Shown: positions 47,677-56,800 of the stretch, in pieces
Layout of the letters: every line of letters begins with the position of its first letter
Position numbering within the stretch: the stretch's first letter is position 1
Assembly (NCBI GenBank): GCA_017435645.1
Contig: JAFSER010000006.1
Location: forward strand, 19,679 to 83,678
Length of the DNA: 64,000 nucleotides
Reading direction: 5' to 3'
From: Clostridium sp.
Lineage (GTDB): Bacteria; Bacillota; Clostridia; Clostridiales; Clostridiaceae
Notes under the pieces: model-generated
Told to the model about the DNA's origin: nothing
Database searches by the model: none
Seen by the model: the letters and a program-made list of their open reading frames with translations, nothing else
Made by a program: the position numbers and the translations under genes

Positions 47677-47841
47677 ATGTCTAAATCAAACAATAAAAAA
47701 AGCAGAACTAATGGTACTATTCAAATGAAAAATAAAAATATTGCTATTCCAGTAAGACCTAATAATACTACAACCTTAAACTTATCTAATAATAATAATA
47801 ATGAGTTACGTAAAGTAAATAAAACTAATCAATTATATTAA
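47677..47841 (+). CDS. Small basic Asn/Lys-rich hypothetical protein (54 aa), missed by the ORF track
   Basis: GGAG SD, then MSKSNNKKSRTNGTIQMKNKNIAIPVRPNNTTTLNLSNNNNNELRKVNKTNQLY*, followed by a terminator. Confidence 0.6.
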   Translation: MSKSNNKKSRTNGTIQMKNKNIAIPVRPNNTTTLNLSNNNNNELRKVNKTNQLY

Positions 47842-47879
47842 TTAAATTTTTACTAAATTTTAAGCTTTAACTATCTATC

Positions 47880-47915
47880 AAAAAAAGTAGCTGTAAAATA
47901 ACAGCTACTTTTTTT
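47880..47915 (+). terminator. Intrinsic terminator after the two small ORFs
   Basis: AAAAAAAGTAGCTGT-loop-ACAGCTACTTTTTTT. Confidence 0.85.
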
Positions 47916-48078
47916 ATACTTTTTTACTTTTTAAGTATTTTACCTAAGTGTAATTAACATCAAATTATTCTATTTTATGTTATTTTTATGTATAATTGAT
48001 ATATGAATTATAGTAATTGAAAAAATTCTTTAAATAATATTCAAACTTAATTAATATTTCCATAGGATGTGATCTTTT

Positions 48079-49386
48079 ATGAAACCAAAGTATTTTGTAA
48101 TTATATCTTTTGATGCTGTATCTTCTAAGGATATTGAAAAATTAAAAAATCTTAGTAATTTTAAATATTTAATTGAAAATGGAAGCTTAATTAAAGATGT
48201 TGAAAGTGTTTATCCAACTCTTACATATCCTGCTCATACTACAATTATGACAGGAATGTATCCTAAAAATCACGGAATAATTAATAATACTCTAAATAAG
48301 TTTTCAGATTCAAACCCTAATTGGTATTGGTATAGAAAGTATATTAAGCATGAAACCTTATATGACTTAGCTCATAAAAAAGGCTTAACTACTGCTGCTT
48401 TATTATGGCCTGTTTCTGGAAGAAGTACTATAGATTATAATCTTACAGAGATTTTTGCTCCAAAACCATACCAAAATCAATTAATTATGTCTGCTTTATC
48501 TGGTTGTGTTAAATATCAATTAGATTTAAATAAACGTTTTGGACATTTACGTAATGGATTATCTCAACCTGCTTTAGATAACTTTGTTCATGAGTCAGCT
48601 AAATATACTATTGCTAAATATAAACCAAACCTTTTATTAATTCATTACACTGACGTAGATACTAATAGACACTCATTTGGATATGATAGTAAGGAAGCTA
48701 ATGATGCTTTAGAAAGACATAATACTCGTCTTGGTGAAATTATTAAAACTTTAAAGGAAGCTAATATTTTTGAAGAAACTGTAATTGTTGCCCTAGGAGA
48801 TCATAGTGCTTTAAATGCTGATAATATGATTAGATTAAACTCCTTATTTAGAGAAGCTGGACTTCTTAAAGTAAATGATAAAGGAACTATTAAGTCATAC
48901 AAGGCTGTTGCAAAAAGCTGTGATGGTTGTTCTTATATTTACTTGAAAAACAAAAGTGATATGACTACATATAATAAGGTGAAAAAAATACTAGAAAATT
49001 TAAAGTCTAGCAATATAAATCCTATAGATTTTATTTTAACTGATAAGGAAGCTGAAGAAGAAGGTGCTGATAAAAATTGCAGTTTTATGGTAGAGGCAAA
49101 CCTTAACTTTTACTTTATTGATGAAGCAACAGGTCCTATTATAGAAAAGGTTAATGCTAATGATATTGGTAAATCACCATCTAGAACAAAAGCTACTCAT
49201 GGATATCATCCTAAAAAATCAGATTATACTACATTTTTTATGGCTTATGGCCCTAACATTAAGAAGGGAATTGAAATTCAAGGTGGCAAACTAATAAATC
49301 ATGGACCAACTTTAGCAAAATTATTAGATGTTAATCTTGGTGACACTGATGGTTCTGTTGAAGAAAGAATTTTTGAGATATTATAG
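48079..49386 (+). CDS. Nucleotide pyrophosphatase/phosphodiesterase (alkaline phosphatase superfamily)
   Basis: Motifs IISFDA, YPTLTYPAHTTIMTG..P..HGI, DTNRH, LGDH, ATHGY. No signal peptide. Confidence 0.9.
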   Translation: MKPKYFVIISFDAVSSKDIEKLKNLSNFKYLIENGSLIKDVESVYPTLTYPAHTTIMTGMYPKNHGIINNTLNKFSDSNPNWYWYRKYIKHETLYDLAHKKGLTTAALLWPVSGRSTIDYNLTEIFAPKPYQNQLIMSALSGCVKYQLDLNKRFGHLRNGLSQPALDNFVHESAKYTIAKYKPNLLLIHYTDVDTNRHSFGYDSKEANDALERHNTRLGEIIKTLKEANIFEETVIVALGDHSALNADNMIRLNSLFREAGLLKVNDKGTIKSYKAVAKSCDGCSYIYLKNKSDMTTYNKVKKILENLKSSNINPIDFILTDKEAEEEGADKNCSFMVEANLNFYFIDEATGPIIEKVNANDIGKSPSRTKATHGYHPKKSDYTTFFMAYGPNIKKGIEIQGGKLINHGPTLAKLLDVNLGDTDGSVEERIFEIL

Positions 49387-49479
49387 TTATTTTTATTTAA
49401 ATTTTTAATGGTAAAAGGATGTTGAAAAGAAAGGAGGATTTAGTGATGATAGTTCTTAGCTATCTCATTAAAATATAAT

Positions 49480-50721
49480 ATGAGCAAATTAACTAAGCAA
49501 GAAAAGAGTTGGGCATTTTATGATTGGGCAAACTCTGCATATTCTATGACAATTACTTCAACGATACTACCTATATATTTTAAATCAGTTGCAGAATCTG
49601 GTGGAATGTCTTCTGCTAGTTCTACTGCACTATGGGGATACACTATTTCATTTTCAACAATGATAGTATCTTTACTTGCCCCAATACTTGGTACTATCGC
49701 TGATTATAAAGGTAATAAAAAGAAGTTTTTTAAATTTTTCTTTACTATTGGTGTATTATTTACTACTTTATTAGCTTTAGTACCTGAAAATAATCCTATA
49801 CTACTTTTAATATGTTATGGCTTTACCCTAGTAGGATTTTCAGGAACTAATATCTTCTATGATTCTTTTCTAGTTGATGTTACTACTAAGGAAAGAATGG
49901 ACAAGGTTTCTTCCTATGGCTTTGCTTTTGGATATATAGGAAGTACAATTCCTTTTATTATATCAATAATAATAGTTTTATTAAGCCAACAGAAAATATT
50001 ACCTATTTCTATGTCCTTAGCATGTAAATTATCATTCTGCATTACTTCTTTATGGTGGTTAGTATTCTCAATCCCACTTCTTAAGAATGTTAATCAAGTA
50101 TACTATGTTGAACCTGAAAAAAATCCTATTAGAAATTCTTTTAGAAGATTATTTATTACTTTAAAGGAAATTAAAAATCATAAAAATATATTCTTATTTT
50201 TAATAGCATATTTCTTTTATATTGATGGTGTTGATACTATAATAAGCATGGCTACTTCTTATGGAACTGACTTAGGTATTTCTATGATATCATTACTTAT
50301 TATTCTTTTATTAACACAATTTATAGCTTTTCCATTTACTATTTTATATGGTAAGCTATCAGAAAAAATTGGTGGAAAGAAGCTTCTTTATTTAGGCGTT
50401 ATTACTTACATAATAATCTGTATTTATGGATATTTCATAAATACTACACTAGATTTTTGGATTTTAGCTATGGCTGTTGGATCTGCCCAAGGTGGTATAC
50501 AAGCAATCTCAAGATCCTTCTATGGAAAAATGGTTCCAAAAGAACATGCTAATGAATTCTTTGGATTCTATAATATTTTCGGTAAATTTGCTGCAATTAT
50601 GGGACCATTACTAGTTGCTATTATAACTCAAGCTACTGGACATACTAAATATGGTATTTTAAGCTTGATACTATTATTTGTAGTAGGGCTTATTTTCTTA
50701 ACTAGAGTAAAGGAAAATTAA
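49480..50721 (+). CDS. MFS transporter, UMF1/YxiO (Atg22-like) family
   Basis: Motifs SWAFYDWANSAY, LGTIAD, FYDSFL, FFYIDGV, QGGIQAISRS, EFFGFYNIFGK; about 12 TM segments. Confidence 0.9.
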   Translation: MSKLTKQEKSWAFYDWANSAYSMTITSTILPIYFKSVAESGGMSSASSTALWGYTISFSTMIVSLLAPILGTIADYKGNKKKFFKFFFTIGVLFTTLLALVPENNPILLLICYGFTLVGFSGTNIFYDSFLVDVTTKERMDKVSSYGFAFGYIGSTIPFIISIIIVLLSQQKILPISMSLACKLSFCITSLWWLVFSIPLLKNVNQVYYVEPEKNPIRNSFRRLFITLKEIKNHKNIFLFLIAYFFYIDGVDTIISMATSYGTDLGISMISLLIILLLTQFIAFPFTILYGKLSEKIGGKKLLYLGVITYIIICIYGYFINTTLDFWILAMAVGSAQGGIQAISRSFYGKMVPKEHANEFFGFYNIFGKFAAIMGPLLVAIITQATGHTKYGILSLILLFVVGLIFLTRVKEN

Positions 50722-50739
50722 ATTGTAATTCTACATACT

Positions 50740-50785
50740 AATAATAAGCAATAACTGATTAATAAATCAATTATTGCTTATTATT
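50740..50785. terminator. Bidirectional terminator between the MFS and glucan synthase genes
   Basis: AATAATAAGCAATAACTGATT...AATCAATTATTGCTTATTATT. Confidence 0.75.
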
Positions 50786-50879
50786 TTTAATAGATTCTAT
50801 AAAATTAACACAATTCACTCTGGTTAATAAAAAACTATATTTTTTATTTTTCTGCTATCTACTTAAACTCATATTAGTC

Positions 50880-53800
50880 TTATATAGTAACTATAATCTC
50901 TAATTTCCCCTTATTTTTAGGAATTACTCTATTATTTATTCTTTTTTCATTAATGTAAATTCCTCTTTCTTCATTATTCTTTTTTCTTCTAATTTTTATA
51001 TTATAATCTTCTAATTCATTTTTTATTTTAATTTCATACTCATTCCAATTGTCTGGGATACATGGCTCAATTAGATAACCTTTTCCTTCTATGGTTTTTA
51101 GGCCTAAAATATCCTGAAGTCCTACTTTATACATCCATCCTGATGCTCCTGTGTACCAACTCCAACCACCTCTTCCACCATGTGGCTCTTTAATATATAC
51201 ATCTGCTGCCATTACATAGGGTTCTACCTTATATCTTCTAGCTTCTAACTCTGTATTAGAATGGTTAATAGGATTTATCATATTGTAGTATTTCCAAGCC
51301 TTTGTTCCAAGTCCTAATTTAGTTAAAGCTAATATTACCCATACTGCTGCATGAGTATATTGACCTCCATTTTCTCTTACTCCAGCTACATAACCTTTTA
51401 TATACCCTGGCTCTAGAGATGACTTATCAAAAGGTGGTGATAATAACTTAATTAAACCATTATTTCTATCTACAAGATACTTATCAACAGCTTTCATAGC
51501 TTCAATAGTTCTTTCTTCCTTACCTGCTTTTGATATTATAGACCAACTTTGTGCTAAAGAATCTATCTTACATTCATCATTTTCTCTTGATCCTAAAGGT
51601 TTACCATCATCAAAATAAGCTCTTCTATACCAGCCACCATCCCAGGCTTCCTTTTCAAGATTTTCTTTAATAAATTCCTTAAAACCGCTATATTCTTGCT
51701 CTTTTTTTATATCATTTTTATAACTACAAATCTCTTCAAATCCATCTAAAATTTTATATAAGAACCATCCAAGCCATATACTTTCTCCTTGACCTTTATT
51801 CCCAACTGTACTCATCCCATCATTCCAATCACCACTTCCCATTAGAGGGATATTATGTATACCGAACTTAAGTCCTTTATCTATAGCTTTTAAACAATGT
51901 TCATAAATACTTCCACTTTTACTTGATGAATTTACTATTGTATATCTCTCATCCTCACCATTTTTTAAAGGCTCATCTTCTAAATATGGAGCTTCTTCAT
52001 CTAAAATACTATAATCTCCTGTTGATTTTATGTACTCAATAGTTACGTAAGGCATCCATAGTAAATCATCTGAAAATCTAGTTCTTATACCAGAATTAAT
52101 AACTGGATGCCACCAATGCTGAACATCGCCTTCTAGATATTGCCTAGATGCACTTCTTAAAATTTGCTCTCTCGTTATAGATGGATTTAAAATTCCAATA
52201 GACATAGAATCCTGAAGCTGATCCCTAAATCCATATGCTCCTCCACTTTGATAGAAGGCTGTTCTAGATAAATATCTACAACTTAAGGTTTGATACATAA
52301 GCCATCCATTTAATAGATAATCCATAGATTTATCTGGTGTTTTAACTTGTATACTTCCTAAAAATTTATTCCAATATTCCTTTACCTCTTCTAAAGCTTT
52401 ATTAACATTTTGTATAGATTTATACTTATTTATTTTTTCTTCTATTAATGCTATATCTTCTTCCTCACCAAAGATAATTACTATTTCTTTTTCCTTATTG
52501 GATTCTAGATAAATATCTAGCTGTGAAGCTAAGCATGGATCGTAAATACTTCCATATCTATTATTAAGCTTTTTATATCTCAATGCTTTAGGATGCTCTA
52601 AATCTTCTCCTATTCCAATAAAGCTTTTTCTATCACCAGTAAAATATTGATTATCTTCTCCTGCTATTGATAAATATGCTTTTAGCTTACCAAAATATTT
52701 AGAATATGGATTAACACCATAAATATAATTATCTTTTATATTTGTACTTATATATTTTGCACTAGAATAACTATAAACTCCAAGTACTAGTTGAGCATAG
52801 TAGAATATAGATATATTTTTATTATTATCACTTAAGTTTTTTAACTTAACCTTACAAATCTTTAGCTTTTCATTTTGTGGAGTAAATATCTGCATTTCTC
52901 CCTGAATATTATAAGCAGTATGCTTAAAGGTTGAATATCCAAAGCTGTGCTTAATTATATATTCTCCTGAATCTCTAATTGGCATTGGAGTTATAGTGAA
53001 ATAAGCTCCTGTATCATTATCTCTAATATATAAGGCTTCTCCTGTTGGATCAGTTACCCAATCATTGCTCCAAGGAGTTATTTTATTTTCTCTACTATTT
53101 CCACACCAAGTATAAGTTGAACCTACCTCTGATATATGGAATCCAAAATCCTTATTTGAAATTACATTTATCCATGGAGCTGGAGTATTTTCATAATCTT
53201 TAAGTGTAATTACATAACTATTATCCCTCTTATCAAAACCACCATAACCATTAAAAAACTCTAAATCTCTTGTATCTTCATAATAATAATTATAATTTAT
53301 TAAGTCTTCATTAATATCCATATCTAAATCTGTTAAATCAATTTTTTTATCTTTATATTTTTTATTATCATTTTCTATTTTAACTTCCCTAAAATCCTTA
53401 ATATTATATTCCTCTTTTTCTAGCTGTGCCTTAATAAATTCTTCTGTACTCATTGATTTACTACTATTATTTTTAATGTAGTCGCCTTCAGTTATATTAA
53501 CTTTTATTCTATTTATAGGAGCAATTTCTTCACTACTCTTAAACTTTTCATAATCATATTCCACTGCTTCAGTTAATTGTTTTGCTAAATTTCCATCTTT
53601 AGAACTAATATAAATCTTAGCAATCCCTATTAAAAAGTCTCTCGTATCTTCTCCCATAGTAGCTTTATTATGAATAAATATACCACCTGATTTATTTATA
53701 TATTCTCTTTCCAAAGAATTATTTATTGTTGATATAATATTTTTTTGAAGAGGTTCTTCATATGATATTTCTTCTTCATTATAAATAACTAAATCTGTTT

Positions 53801-56800
53801 TAATCCCTTTACTTCTATAATAGTAATGCATATTTATTGTTTGTCTTAATAAATTAATATCATCTTCATCAGAAATAACCAATAAAATTATAGGTAAATC
53901 TCCTGATATTCCATAAGCCCAAAGATTTTCTTGATTTAAAGAAATATCCTTAATATATTTTTCTCTATTTTTTCTTCCACTATGTAAATAAAGTAAATAT
54001 GAAGCTAAGCTTTGATAAATATTAGCTTGAGCTGATCTTATTCCTATATGTTTTAGCTCTAAAGAATTAGCATAATTATAAGAATCTAGCGATTTTTCAA
54101 TTGCAGATATTTCTTTATACTTACTAATTAAATCTAGTATCTCCTCTTTAGATTCACCTACTCCTGTTACATAATAAAAGGTTCCTTCTTCTCCTGGATT
54201 TAATGTAACTGTACCTCTTAAGCTCATAATAGGATCTAAAACTGTTCCAACTGTATTTTTAAGTGGAGTGTCATTATCCATAACTTCTGGTGATTTTAAA
54301 TTTCTATTTCTACCTATAAAGTTTAATCTAGAGGTTTCATAAGTCAATTCTCCTTCTAAATCCTTATTACTAATTAAAGTATGGAAAATATAATGAGTTA
54401 CTGCACCTTCAGCCCTAGGTCTTCTATTACCAATTAAAGCTTTATACTCTTCATTAAATTCTGTGCTTATAAATAAATTAGAGAAACTAGGATGAACTGC
54501 ATCCCCTTCAAAGGATTGTAATGTTACTTCAAAATAGCTTGTTACCTCTATTGTTCTTTTCTTTTCAGCATTATTCTTTAAGGTAATTTTTCTAAATTCT
54601 ACGTTATCTTCACTAGATATCATAACTTCATATTTACTATTAATATTTCCGTATTCTCTTTGAAAGGTTGCCTTATCTAAAGTAAATTCTGTTATAGAAT
54701 CTCCATTATCCTCCTTACATGGCTCATAAGTGGCACTCCAATAATCATTAGAATTTAAATTCTTTATGTAAAAGAATACTCCACTAGAATCAGATGTACT
54801 ATCTCCCTTCCATCTATATACTGTCATATCATTCTTTTTAGAGTACCCACTTCCACTATCAGAAATCATAGTAGAGTAACTTCCATTAGAAAGTAGTAAA
54901 ACTTCTGGATTTTTTAATTTATTTCCCCTTATTATTCTAGGTATAAAATCTTCTCTCTCTATTATTTTATTAACCTTTGATACATCTACTTCTCTATCAA
55001 ATACTATGTTTTCTGGAACTCTTTCTTTTAATAATATTTCTACTGCCTTTATTTCTGGTATGTTGTGGAATCTTTCTTTTAAAATATTATTATTCAAAAT
55101 ATTATCTAAAGCCAGCATTGACATTCCTAAATGATGAACCATATAACATCTTACCTCTTTAGGATTATCTTTATTTTCAGTATAATCTATCGATTCAATA
55201 AATCCATATCTTCCATAAGCTTTTAAATCATATAATTTTCTTAAATTTTGTATAGATTTTTTAGAATCTATTGGTAAGGTCATTATAGATGAATATGGAG
55301 ATACTACAACTTGATTTTCTAATCCCCTTTTTAATCCAATACCAGGTACTCCAAAGGCTTTATATTGATAATTTTGATTAACATCGAACATATAATATGC
55401 TGATTCAGATATTCCCCAAGGAACTTCATTTTTCTCTCCATAAATAATTTGACCTTTAAGAACTGATGAATAAGTTAAGGACCATATTGTATTATCAAAA
55501 GATTTAATAATTTGAAATGGCATAAAATATTCAAACATTGTTCCACTCCAAGATACAAGAGTTTTACATCCAAAAGGCTTACTCATATTTCTACTTAAAT
55601 TATACCAATGCTCCTTTGGAACCTCTCCCCTTGCTATTGCTAATAAAGACGCTATTCTCGCCTCTGATGCTAATAAATCATAATATGAATTACCTAAGGA
55701 TTTTTCTTCTATATTAAATCCAATAGAAAATAACCCTCTATCCTTACTGTATAAGAAATCAAATTTCATATCATCCATTATGCTCTTTATTTCTGAAACT
55801 AATGATAGTAGTCTTTCATCAAAATCTCTTAGTTTTTTTAATTTCTTTTCTATTTTAGATTTTAATATATCGCTTGAGCTTATCTTAATATCTTCTAATT
55901 TATTAATAATCTCAACTAAACTTGGAGCTTTGTTTATTTTAAATTCATGATCTAAGCTACCTTCTATTTCATCAAATATAAAATCATAAAAATCTATTTT
56001 CTCCTCTAACTGCTTTTCTAATTTATTAAACCAATAAAATTCTTTTTTTTCTTTAGAATCATCACTTTCTAATTTATTTTTTACTTTATTCAATTCATAA
56101 CTTAAAATATCTTTATAATCCTTTAAATCTACATCATCTGGTATATCATTATTAAATTCTTCCTTATCGTCTTTTTTTATTAATTTGTAAGTATCATTTA
56201 ATGATAAAATTTCTTTTTCTCTAATTATAGGCATATTCCTAAAATTTAATATTTCTTCTTTTACTATCCATAGATATCCTAAGAGATTTCCACTATCAAC
56301 TGTTGATACATATCTAGGCCACAGTGCTTCCTTTGTTTTTGTATCATACCAATTTAAATAATGACCCCTATACTTTTCTAAACCTCTCATTCCATCTAAA
56401 ATCAATTCTATTCTATATATAGCTTCCCCTACAGATAAATATCCCAAATCATAAGCTACTATATTACTTATTAATCCCATTCCTATATTAGTAGGTGAGG
56501 TTCTATGTGCAACTCCTTTAAATGGCTTTTCTTGATAATTATCAGGAGCTAAATAATTATTTTCTTCATTAACAAAATCTTGATAATATGCCCAAATTCT
56601 TCTTGATACTTCTCTTAAAAACTCCTCATCCTCTAAGTCTAATCTATCTTTAATAATTATTTCTTCTTGAGATATTTTACATGCAATAAAAGGTGCTAAT
56701 GCCCATAATAATGCTATTGGTATCATAGTTATAATTATTTCGAAAGAATTGTAAAAGCTAAGTAATACTATTAATAATGCCATTGCAATACTAATCCACA

